A stretch of DNA of 34,028 nucleotides from a virus (taxonomy: Duplodnaviria; Caudoviricetes): the IMG/VR virus record IMGVR_UViG_3300044210_000023, positions 1 to 34,028 of that record; one strand, given 5' to 3'. Position numbers and translations under genes: made by a program. A model generated the notes under the pieces. That model had not been told where the DNA came from. It saw only the letters and a list, made by a program, of their open reading frames with translations, and ran no database searches. Each line of letters starts with the position of its first letter. The stretch's first letter is position 1. Shown here in pieces: positions 1 to 6,713 of the stretch.

Positions 1-27
1 ACCCCAGATTCTCGCGAATAGTCCCAT
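1..27 (-). CDS. 5' end of a hypothetical gene (MGLFARIWG...), runs off window
   Basis: ATG at 27 preceded by GGGAGAG SD. Confidence 0.5.
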
Positions 28-28
28 G

Positions 29-58
29 GTCGTCTCTCCCTTGCCTTGGGAGAGCGAC
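29..58 (-). promoter_or_regulatory. Hairpin sequestering the SD of the gene starting at 27
   Basis: mRNA GUCG-CUCUCCC-AAGGCAA-GGGAGAG-A-CGAC-C-AUG; SD lies in the 3' arm. Confidence 0.55.
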
Positions 59-108
59 GGAGGCAGTATCCGGTTGGGCCGCGGAGCGCCTCAATCGCTC
101 TCGGTTCT

Positions 109-153
109 GGCCGTCTCGGTGCTATCAACGCCGGGGCGGCCGTTTTCAGTTTT
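109..153 (+). terminator. GC-rich stem-loop followed by T-tract (plus-strand intrinsic terminator or structured RNA element)
   Basis: GGCCGTCTCGGTG-CTATCAA-CGCCGGGGCGGCC then GTTTTCAGTTTT. Confidence 0.5.
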
Positions 154-190
154 GGGGCGCTACGCCGGAGTCAATCCGACCGCGTAGCGC
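153..190 (-). ncRNA. tRNA-like minihelix 1 (38 nt)
   Basis: GCGCUAC-GCG-GUCGG-AUUGACU-CCGGC-GUAGCGC-C-CCA: perfect 7-bp acceptor, 3-nt linker, 5-bp T-stem, 7-nt T-like loop, discriminator, CCA. Confidence 0.6.
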
Positions 191-200
191 TGGGGAACAC

Positions 201-662
201 TCAGCCGACGACCGCTTTCATCGCCGTCTCTACGCCTTGCTCCGCAGCCTCGATCCTGGCGACGCTTGCCTCTGCCTTCGCGATAATCTCCGCGACGAAC
301 CGCTCGGCGCGTGTTCCAAACGCGATCAGATGCGCGCGCTTCGGGCCGACGATCGGCTGGTTGAAATCGCCGTGCAGATATCCCTCGTGATCGACGTCCA
401 GCGCGAGATCGGTGCAGTAGCCTTCGCCGTGCTCGCCGCCTCTGAGGGACCAGCAGTCGCGCACACCAACGTTGGAGCGCACGTTGGAGTATACGAGCGT
501 CCATCCGTCAACCGTGACCGACACCTGGCCTGGCCTGCATCCGGCCGTCTCCAGCGCGTCTGTGAGCGTCCTAACGACTGCATGTAGGCGATCGGTGCGA
601 GTCGTGCGCTGGGCGCAAAGTTGGGTCAGCTTCTCGATCGGATTGAGAGTCGAATTGGGCAT
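201..662 (-). CDS. Hypothetical protein, 153 aa (MPNSTLNPIE...)
   Basis: ATG at 662 with AGGAG SD; upstream part of the 301-aa ORF overlaps another gene. Confidence 0.7.
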   Translation of the reverse strand: MPNSTLNPIEKLTQLCAQRTTRTDRLHAVVRTLTDALETAGCRPGQVSVTVDGWTLVYSNVRSNVGVRDCWSLRGGEHGEGYCTDLALDVDHEGYLHGDFNQPIVGPKRAHLIAFGTRAERFVAEIIAKAEASVARIEAAEQGVETAMKAVVG

Positions 663-713
663 TGGAGTCTCCTGTTGGTTCGGTTCACCGGCAACCGGCC
701 GGCTCGGTGATTT

Positions 714-757
714 TGGCGCGCGTGGCGGGAGTCGAACCCGACCAGGCCGGGACGCGC
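714..757 (-). ncRNA. tRNA-like minihelix 2 (44 nt)
   Basis: GCGCGUC-CCGGCCUGG-UCGGG-UUCGACU-CCCGC-CACGCGC-G-CCA: canonical T-loop, 6/7-bp acceptor, exact tRNA spacing from T-loop to CCA. Confidence 0.65.
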
Positions 758-759
758 GG

Positions 760-1188
760 TTAGTCTTCCTGGCAAGACTTCCAGCGACCTTCGCCAGCTG
801 GCACTTCAATTCCGTCGCGGCGATTGCGGCCACGAGCTGGCTTGACTCGGTACTGCTGGTTGTTCCACCGGCAGGCGAGACCCACGGCGTGGGCGGTTTT
901 TTTGTCAAACAGTGCCACTCGCTCGTCAGTGTCGCCGTGCTGGCCATAGACCCTCTCGTACGCGTCGCGTTCCGCAGCCAGCCACTTTTCGACGGCGTCG
1001 CCCGTAGGAGTAGGAGCTGGCGCCTGGGCCATAATCTCGCGCACTTGGCGTGCCTTGTCCGAGTACAGCACGAGCCCAGTGTTGGTCTCGTAGCTCGGAT
1101 GCGCACTCACTTCCACGTGCCCACGGCGCGCGGTCGCTGTGCTGCTGTTGGTGTTCACGATCTCGACGACAAAAAGCGGCTTCGCCAT
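760..1188 (-). CDS. Hypothetical protein, 142 aa (MAKPLFVVEIV...)
   Basis: ATG at 1188 after purine-rich leader; globular-like composition; operon context. Confidence 0.7.
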   Translation of the reverse strand: MAKPLFVVEIVNTNSSTATARRGHVEVSAHPSYETNTGLVLYSDKARQVREIMAQAPAPTPTGDAVEKWLAAERDAYERVYGQHGDTDERVALFDKKTAHAVGLACRWNNQQYRVKPARGRNRRDGIEVPAGEGRWKSCQED

Positions 1189-1262
1189 GTTCTTTCTCTC
1201 TTTCTCGGGCTCCTCGCCCGTGGCCCTCTCCGAGTGATCGGGGAGGTCCACCGACGCGGGAA

Positions 1263-1463
1263 CTAAGTGTTCGACGTCGCGTCTTCTCGGAAAGACAAGG
1301 TCTCGTCGTCGAACGAGCCAAATCGACCCTCGGGAATCAGCGCGGCGGCGCGCTCACGCGCGGTCTCCAGGGCATTTGCGCGCTCCGTGTCATCCGTAGC
1401 GGACTCGCTTAAAACCGCATACTCGGTGCGAAATATCTGCGTGATTTGATCTTCCAGCATCAT
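1263..1463 (-). CDS. Small acidic hypothetical protein, 66 aa (MMLEDQITQ...)
   Basis: AAGGAGAG SD before ATG; downstream of promoter at 1515-1543. Confidence 0.7.
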   Translation of the reverse strand: MMLEDQITQIFRTEYAVLSESATDDTERANALETARERAAALIPEGRFGSFDDETLSFREDATSNT

Positions 1464-1514
1464 CTTCGCTCTCCTTCTTGGTCCGGGCGCCTCGTGGCGT
1501 CCGTTGATGATCTT

Positions 1515-1557
1515 GTTGTACCTCGCCATGGCCATTTCGTCAACAATTATTTTGTTG
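1515..1557 (-). promoter_or_regulatory. Sigma70-like promoter overlapped by an inverted-repeat operator
   Basis: TTGACG(1543-1538)-N17-TACAAC(1520-1515); CAACAA-N5-TTGTTG at 1541-1557 overlaps the -35. Confidence 0.6.
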
Positions 1558-1571
1558 GTCCTGTCGTTTAC

Positions 1572-1787
1572 TCACAGGCCATCGAAATCTCCTGGATATT
1601 TCTCGCGCAACGCTTCGACAACAACCGCCGACCTGGACCGATTTTCACGCCTCGCCACCTCGACCAGGGCGTTGTGAAACGGGATCGTCGTGGAAATCGA
1701 CGTGGTCGCCGTGACCGCGGTACCCTCGGGAAGAGGGCGCCGGCCGCGCGGCAGCGATGTCTTCTTAGCTTTGGACTGCTGTTTCAT
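1572..1787 (-). CDS. Ribbon-helix-helix (CopG/Arc-like) regulator A, 71 aa, with N-terminal GRRP arm
   Basis: RGRRP...TSIST strand...ALVEVARRENRSRSAVVVEAL, an RHH pattern; paralog at 3351-3569. Confidence 0.75.
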   Translation of the reverse strand: MKQQSKAKKTSLPRGRRPLPEGTAVTATTSISTTIPFHNALVEVARRENRSRSAVVVEALREKYPGDFDGL

Positions 1788-1793
1788 GCGCGA

Positions 1794-1822
1794 ATTATAT
1801 TGTTGACTTTTTGAGTTCGCAA
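1794..1822 (-). promoter_or_regulatory. Leaderless sigma70 promoter of RHH A
   Basis: TTGCGA-N17-TATAAT-N6-ATG; GTCAACAAT motif (also at 1539-1547) spans the spacer/-10 junction. Confidence 0.75.
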
Positions 1823-1826
1823 TAGG

Positions 1827-2033
1827 ATGCACACTGCCATGGACGACGAGATTGTTGCCGCCGAGATCGCAAAGGCCGCGAAGACGATTCGCGCGACGCT
1901 GCTTGCGCTGCACGGCGAGGAGGATCGCGTGGAAGCACTTCGGTTAGTGCGCGTCTGCCCGAATTGCGGATCCGACGAAATGACAGACGAGGATGAGTAT
2001 CTCGGACCGTGCTCATGCATGAATGACGAATAA
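1827..2033 (+). CDS. Small acidic Zn-binding protein (CPNC...CSC); start may be 1839
   Basis: Divergent from RHH A; CxxC plus CxC. Confidence 0.55.
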   Translation: MHTAMDDEIVAAEIAKAAKTIRATLLALHGEEDRVEALRLVRVCPNCGSDEMTDEDEYLGPCSCMNDE

Positions 2034-2079
2034 CCCATCTACAGCCTCAGCAGCTCCCGCAGCGTCTCGGCGGTGATGC

Positions 2080-2328
2080 TTACTCCTCGAACGGGTTCCC
2101 TCGGTCCGTCGCTGCGAATGGGTTCGAGGCCTCCATCAACGTCTCCGCCCGGGAGCGCTCCACCCGGTCAAGGAAGCGCGAGACGTCGCGGTTGCGCGCT
2201 GCCAGCACGGGGTTGCACTCCGCAGAACGCTCTGCCACCTGCAGGGGCTGTGACGCGCACCAGCGGTCTACGGCGGCGGCCTGCGCTTCGGGGCTGGTCA
2301 GTAGAGCTGCGAGTAGTAGTGCGAGCAT
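2080..2328 (-). CDS. Small secreted protein, 82 aa
   Basis: Hydrophobic N-terminus with AQA cleavage-like site, 2 Cys, two C-terminal NPF motifs; GGAGAGGGG SD. Confidence 0.6.
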   Translation of the reverse strand: MLALLLAALLTSPEAQAAAVDRWCASQPLQVAERSAECNPVLAARNRDVSRFLDRVERSRAETLMEASNPFAATDRGNPFEE

Positions 2329-2366
2329 GGTGTTCCCCTCTCCGGTTTGTCCCTCTTGGTCACGAC

Positions 2367-2594
2367 CTACCCGCGCATGACGTCTGACAGTTGCTCTGCG
2401 GCTTCCAGGTCACATCCCCACGTGCGCTCCATGAGATCGTAGATCTCGCGCGAAAGACTCATCGCGTACGAGACACCGTCTGCCTCGATAACCGCGTCAA
2501 TGTGACGAGGAATTTCAATTCTCTCGACGCGCGCCATCGCGCGAATCCTGCGTTCAGAGACCCAGACCCCGGGGCCAAATTCTCCAAGTACCAT
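2367..2594 (-). CDS. Small hypothetical protein (start 2594 or 2537)
   Basis: Fills gap in leftward operon; protein-like composition. Confidence 0.55.
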   Translation of the reverse strand: MVLGEFGPGVWVSERRIRAMARVERIEIPRHIDAVIEADGVSYAMSLSREIYDLMERTWGCDLEAAEQLSDVMRG

Positions 2595-2658
2595 TTCCGT
2601 CCGCCTTTCTTCTTGTTCTCACCCTTGTCCGTAGAATCGAGTTCGACGGTCCTGCCGC

Positions 2659-3009
2659 CTAGCCGTTCTGCAGCGCCGCCTCCGCTGCCTCGGCCTGCCA
2701 GCTTCCCCAGCTCCACGCCGCCGCAGCGGTCTCCTGGCGAAGAGCCGCGACATCCCCGGCGCCTGCCGCGGCGATTGCGGACAGTGTGTGACGGAGGACC
2801 GAGCGAGCGTCGGCGTAGCGCCAGTTGCAGTCGGCCTGATCGCTGGTCATCTCGATCGCGTCGCACACCGTCTGCTCCGCAGAGGCCAAGTCGTCGATGG
2901 CGATCGTCTCAAGCTGGGCGGCCGCACGTGGCATGACGTGGCGGCATGAGCTGGCCGCGTATCCGAGTGCCCTCTTCAGCGTCTTTTGCGTCGTCGTCAT
3001 CATGACCAT
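2659..3009 (-). CDS. Ala-rich helical hypothetical protein, about 113-116 aa
   Basis: First gene downstream of the GTGCGCAC array. Confidence 0.65.
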   Translation of the reverse strand: MVMMTTTQKTLKRALGYAASSCRHVMPRAAAQLETIAIDDLASAEQTVCDAIEMTSDQADCNWRYADARSVLRHTLSAIAAAGAGDVAALRQETAAAAWSWGSWQAEAAEAALQNG

Positions 3010-3031
3010 TCTTTAAAGCATTTCGCGTGCC

Positions 3032-3170
3032 ATTGTGCGCACATTACCAACCCAGCGAAATCATGTGCGCACATTATTGATGTGCGTTGCAAGTGCGCAC
3101 ATTGCTACGCATTTGTCGCGTCAATGTGCGCACTTTACTTCGCAGTTGTGCGTACATTTGTGCGCACCTT
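3032..3170. repeat. Array of palindromic (T)GTGCGCAC(ATT) sites
   Basis: Perfect GTGCGCAC at 3035, 3065, 3093, 3126, 3160; degenerate copies at 3082 and 3148; AT-rich flanks. Confidence 0.9.
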
Positions 3171-3350
3171 TCCCCTCTCGTCGCGTTCGAGCTTCTCTTC
3201 CATGGCACACCGTATCCATTTCGAAAAACCTCTATCACCGGCTGCTTTGCGCGCGCGCTCCAACAGAGCGCGTGGAACCCTGGCGCCATTCAGGCGCACG
3301 TCGTTTTCGAGCATGGCCGCTTACGCATCAATATATGTGCCACACAAACA

Positions 3351-3569
3351 TCACTTCTTTGCTTGACTTTCCTCGCGCGACAGGTGAGCAAAATCGTCCG
3401 GGAACGTCGAGCAAAGGGCGATCGAAACCACCTCGGACCGGCTCACCTCCAGCCGCTCTGCGACCGCGGTGATCGCTTCGTCGGTGACGGTCGACATCGC
3501 GAAACTGCGGCCGGTCCTGCGGCGGATATCAGCGGCCTTTGGCGGTCGTCCTACGGGTCTTTTTTTCAT
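3351..3569 (-). CDS. Ribbon-helix-helix regulator B, 72 aa, with GRPP arm; candidate Aca-like
   Basis: VGRPPK...RSFAM strand...AITAVAERLEVSRSEVVSIAL; directly downstream of the AcrVA2-like gene. Confidence 0.75.
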   Translation of the reverse strand: MKKRPVGRPPKAADIRRRTGRSFAMSTVTDEAITAVAERLEVSRSEVVSIALCSTFPDDFAHLSREESQAKK

Positions 3570-3575
3570 GATGTG

Positions 3576-3604
3576 ATCGTGGCACCTTTGTGTTGCGAGC
3601 GCAA
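3576..3604 (-). promoter_or_regulatory. Leaderless sigma70-like promoter of RHH B
   Basis: TTGCGC-N17-(TGc)CACGAT-N6-ATG, same geometry as the RHH A promoter. Confidence 0.6.
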
Positions 3605-4633
3605 CTATGGTCCCACGCGTTTGACCACCGCCACGAGCTCGTCGAGATCGTCCATCGAAAACCCGACCGGGATCTGCGGAAGCCACCGCAGAGAAAACCG
3701 GCGCTCGTCGGGCTTTGACAGCTGCCCCGACCAGAACCCGTGCCAGTGGGCGCGGCGGATGTGCGGTGTGACCGGACCGCGCTCTTCGCCCGGGGGCAGC
3801 GCCTGCACTCGCGCCCGGGCCTCGCGCAACCACCGCGCGGTTCTCGCCCCGACTTCGATCTGCGACGGACGCTCGGCTGGAAACCAGCGGGGGCCGCGCT
3901 TCGTCTTGCGCGGCTCTGCCCGCATAGGCTGGCGGTCCAGGTCCGGGGCGTCGGCGCAGAGGTACAGGACGAGGTTCGCGAGTCGAGCTACCTGTGATCG
4001 CATCTGGCGCCCGGTCTCGCGATAGTCGACGACGACCTGTTCGCTCGGCGGAGCATGGCCATGTTGAATCGCCTGGATCGCGGTATGCTCCATCGTGTCT
4101 TCCAGGCACTGCTCCAGTGTTGCGTTGGGAACGATATGCAGCGGCAAGCACAACGGATCGCTCCCGTCGAAGTCCATCACCATGCGCAGCTCTCGGCTTC
4201 CGTCGTTGACGTCTGACTCAAGGCACGCCCAGAGTCCGCGTAGTGCCGGCTGGTCTGGCTCGCGGGCCTCGACGTACACGCACCACTCTGGCAGCCGTAG
4301 CAGCAGATCGGATGGCAGCTCGCGAGCAAGAGGGGTCGACGCCACTTCCTCGTAGATCTCGGGATCAAATCGGTAGATCCCCTGGGACAGGCGCCACGCT
4401 GCCAGCGCGTGGATAACTGCCACGTCGGGAACCAGGGCATGGTCGATGTCTCCGCCGCGAGAGACGACGGCGTATGCTCCAGCCACGGGAACCCAGCACC
4501 AGTCGGGCCAGTCTCCGAGGTCGCTCCCCTTCGCCGCGCGAAACCACTCCATCTGCGCCCAGGCGTCCGGGTAGCGCTTGCTGTACGTGTTCAAAACCTC
4601 GACGGGTCTAGGTGTCGTCATCGTGTCCCCCAT
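3605..4633 (-). CDS. acrVA2: AcrVA2-family anti-CRISPR protein homolog (FinQ-related); start 4633 or 4621
   Basis: Motifs AAWRLSQGIYRFD, LRLPEWCVYV, LVLYLC, VGAR, PHIRRAHWHGFWSG, LRW in the order and spacing remembered for Moraxella AcrVA2 (GAWRNTLGIYQLD, NLPDWCVYV, LLWLC, PHIRRGHWHGYW); similar length. Confidence 0.85.
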   Translation of the reverse strand: MGDTMTTPRPVEVLNTYSKRYPDAWAQMEWFRAAKGSDLGDWPDWCWVPVAGAYAVVSRGGDIDHALVPDVAVIHALAAWRLSQGIYRFDPEIYEEVASTPLARELPSDLLLRLPEWCVYVEAREPDQPALRGLWACLESDVNDGSRELRMVMDFDGSDPLCLPLHIVPNATLEQCLEDTMEHTAIQAIQHGHAPPSEQVVVDYRETGRQMRSQVARLANLVLYLCADAPDLDRQPMRAEPRKTKRGPRWFPAERPSQIEVGARTARWLREARARVQALPPGEERGPVTPHIRRAHWHGFWSGQLSKPDERRFSLRWLPQIPVGFSMDDLDELVAVVKRVGP

Positions 4634-4678
4634 GGCGCCCGCCTCCGTCGAGGCGAGCGCGAGCGAGACGCGAGGGGA

Positions 4679-5296
4679 CTATTCCGAGGCGATCCACTCT
4701 CCGTCGACGAGATGGCGCACATCGTACCCACAGAGCAGGTGTCCAGGATTCGCCCCCTTGAGCGCTCTGTTTTTCGCGTCGCAGACTGCGCTCGCGTCGT
4801 CCTCGGTAGCGTATCGAGCTACCACGTGCGCGTCGTCACCGACGGTCTCCCAGTACACGCACCAGTCGCCGGCGGCGTCCGGATCGATCTCATCCTCCGG
4901 ATCGGCCGGCTCCGGGACGTCTGGGCACTCGTCGTCGATGCCGAGTGAGGCCAGAATTTCCTCGATGCGACCTGGTAGGATGTCTCCGCCCTCCGTGTCC
5001 TCGGACACGTCCCACGCGTCGGCACGCGATCCATTGGCTCCGTATCTGCCGACTGAGCAGCGAGTCCACTCGGCTACTGTCTCCCCGGCCACCATGAGAC
5101 GGTGATGAGACACCACCCACAATGCGCCGCCGTCGCCGTTCAGGTCGTCGGGATCGTCGTCATCCTGATCGATCTCGGCCCCTCCGGCGGATCGGATGGA
5201 CTCGACGACCACGTCTACCGGGATATCGTCATCGTCGATCTGCTCGGCGATCGACATATCGAGCTGAGAATTGAGCTGTGCATTGGTGAAAGCCAT
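4679..5296 (-). CDS. Highly acidic hypothetical protein, 205 aa (DNA-mimic-like)
   Basis: About 50 D/E versus about 11 K/R by manual count; AGGAG SD before ATG 5296. Confidence 0.75.
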   Translation of the reverse strand: MAFTNAQLNSQLDMSIAEQIDDDDIPVDVVVESIRSAGGAEIDQDDDDPDDLNGDGGALWVVSHHRLMVAGETVAEWTRCSVGRYGANGSRADAWDVSEDTEGGDILPGRIEEILASLGIDDECPDVPEPADPEDEIDPDAAGDWCVYWETVGDDAHVVARYATEDDASAVCDAKNRALKGANPGHLLCGYDVRHLVDGEWIASE

Positions 5297-5362
5297 GTCT
5301 GCGACTCCTCTCGACCAGTTTCCGTTGGGTGGCCACCTGGCCACCTCTCGCTGACACCTCTA

Positions 5363-5391
5363 TCTATAGCCCGGACAAATTACGCTAGCAA
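5363..5391 (-). promoter_or_regulatory. Putative sigma70 promoter of the acidic protein/acrVA2 operon
   Basis: TTGCTA-N17-TATAGA in an AT-rich intergenic stretch. Confidence 0.5.
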
Positions 5392-5442
5392 CTAAATTCA
5401 TCATGGGGAATGTCGATTTTGACGCTGGAGCGCTAAATACGC

Positions 5443-5478
5443 AAAAACCCCCGCGGCACCGCGATGGTGCCACGAGGG
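5443..5478 (-). terminator. Intrinsic terminator after the peptidase gene
   Basis: CCCTCGTGGCACC-ATCGC-GGTGCCGCGGGGG-TTTTT, 20 nt after the stop. Confidence 0.85.
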
Positions 5479-5497
5479 CATCACGAGATCGAGCCGT

Positions 5498-6325
5498 CTA
5501 CGCGGTCCGCGCTCTCACGTCCGCCAGCAAATCCTCGATCGCAAACCCGTTCGGCGCCCGCCCGATGGCGTCGACCCACGCATCGACGAGCACGACCCAC
5601 CTCTCGTCACAGCACGCCCGGTCCCACTCCTGCGTCCAGTAGGTCTGCTCGCCCCAGGAATTTCCACCGTCGAGACTCGGCGAAGGGGCGTCGCTCCAGA
5701 TGCAGTGGCCGCCCCAGCTCCCCGGCCCCTGCCCGCTCGGAAATCCTCCGACGGGCACATACCAGAGCTGGCGGCCGGTGGCGTCCACCTGGGTCTGCGC
5801 GGACAACGGCAGCGAGTAGCCTCCGATGAGACCGCAGCCCAGCCAGGACGCGATCGCCTTCTCGTCGGGGTCGTTGCCCACGAGCGCGTAGGCGACGGCC
5901 TTGGTGCCGAACAGGCCCTCGCGCTGCCAGATGCCGAGCATCTCGCGGACGCGGAAGCCGTTGTCGTTCTCGCCCGTGGCCGGGTCGTAGCCGGTGTATC
6001 GCGAGTAGGCCTCGAGGACATCCGCTGACGTCGGAGACAGCGCCTTGCCGGTGAGTTGGCCGATCATCCTGACCATGTGGCCAGGGCCGGCGAAGACGCA
6101 GTCGCCAGCTCTGTCGTTCCCGAGCGGATCAGCGTCGGGCGTCTGCGGCGCTCCAGTCCACGCCGGCATGGCCGACCAGTTGGACGCAGCCGGCACCTGG
6201 GCCGATTCGATGAGCCTGCCCTTGTCGGCGACGTAGCTCGACAGCTTGAGGTCTTTCGCCTTGGGCGCGAACGGTAGCTTTCCGAGGGGACGCCTGGAGA
6301 AATCGACGGTGGTCATGCTGGTCAC
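5498..6325 (-). CDS. Papain-like (clan CA) cysteine peptidase, about 275 aa
   Basis: GNDRAGDC (Cys), GGHC (His) and NSWG (Asn) motifs; GTGA overlap with upstream lipoprotein. Confidence 0.75.
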   Translation of the reverse strand: MTSMTTVDFSRRPLGKLPFAPKAKDLKLSSYVADKGRLIESAQVPAASNWSAMPAWTGAPQTPDADPLGNDRAGDCVFAGPGHMVRMIGQLTGKALSPTSADVLEAYSRYTGYDPATGENDNGFRVREMLGIWQREGLFGTKAVAYALVGNDPDEKAIASWLGCGLIGGYSLPLSAQTQVDATGRQLWYVPVGGFPSGQGPGSWGGHCIWSDAPSPSLDGGNSWGEQTYWTQEWDRACCDERWVVLVDAWVDAIGRAPNGFAIEDLLADVRARTA

Positions 6326-6684
6326 CTGTACCCAATCTTGTGATCGCGAATCCACCAGTCCGCCGCGGAAGCCTCGGCCTTCGCCTGGGCGCTTCCGCCC
6401 GTGCGCGCTAGCTCGACGTGCAAGCTCATGGACAGCGCCCGCACAGCGCACGCGATGGTGTCGATGGTGCGCGCTGGGAAGAGAGCCGCGAGACACTCGG
6501 ACGTGGTCGCAGAGTCGAGGCAGGCGCGCACGTCGTCGATGGGAGCGCCGTGAGACGCCTGCGAGCAATCGACTACGGCGCCGCCGAAGACGTCGACGGG
6601 CGTTGGTCGCGGTGGCGGGTCCGGGACGGGCTGCGGTGACGAGCATGCGAGCAGCAAGGCGGAGAGCAGGAGCAGAGCTTTCAC
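6322..6684 (-). CDS. Lipoprotein, 120 aa, Pro-rich linker
   Basis: GTG start with GGAGG SD; MKALLLLSALLLA-C lipobox; four further Cys. Confidence 0.75.
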   Translation of the reverse strand: MKALLLLSALLLACSSPQPVPDPPPRPTPVDVFGGAVVDCSQASHGAPIDDVRACLDSATTSECLAALFPARTIDTIACAVRALSMSLHVELARTGGSAQAKAEASAADWWIRDHKIGYR

Positions 6685-6713
6685 GTTGGTGTCCTCCAAA
6701 AGTGGTATGCCCC

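Noticed and set aside
714-757. Functional tRNA gene or att-site remnant of a tRNA 3' end
   Set aside because: No D or anticodon arm; the complementary 5' acceptor strand is only 9 nt from the T-stem; a second structurally equivalent element exists; no integrase in the window (an att origin cannot be fully excluded)
881-903. Plus-strand hairpin with T7 tract
   Set aside because: Lies within a minus-strand CDS (encodes KKTAHAVG); short stem, may be coincidental
1221-1250. Third minihelix (loop AUCACU, ending GGCCA)
   Set aside because: 6-nt loop, and the CCA is paired in the stem; tRNA geometry not met, at most a degenerate copy
2629-2650. T-loop-like CTCGATTC hairpin after the 2659 gene
   Set aside because: No G53-C61 closing pair, acceptor stem or CCA
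3032-3170. GTGCGCAC array as a CRISPR, mini-CRISPR or TIGR array
   Set aside because: Repeat core is only 8-14 bp, spacing is irregular (11-34 bp), degenerate copies sit inside the would-be spacers, and no cas or Nop-domain gene is nearby
2986-3472. ORFs spanning the palindrome array (repeated CAH/VRT peptides)
   Set aside because: Peptide repeats are just translations of the DNA palindrome; atypical AT-rich composition, no SD
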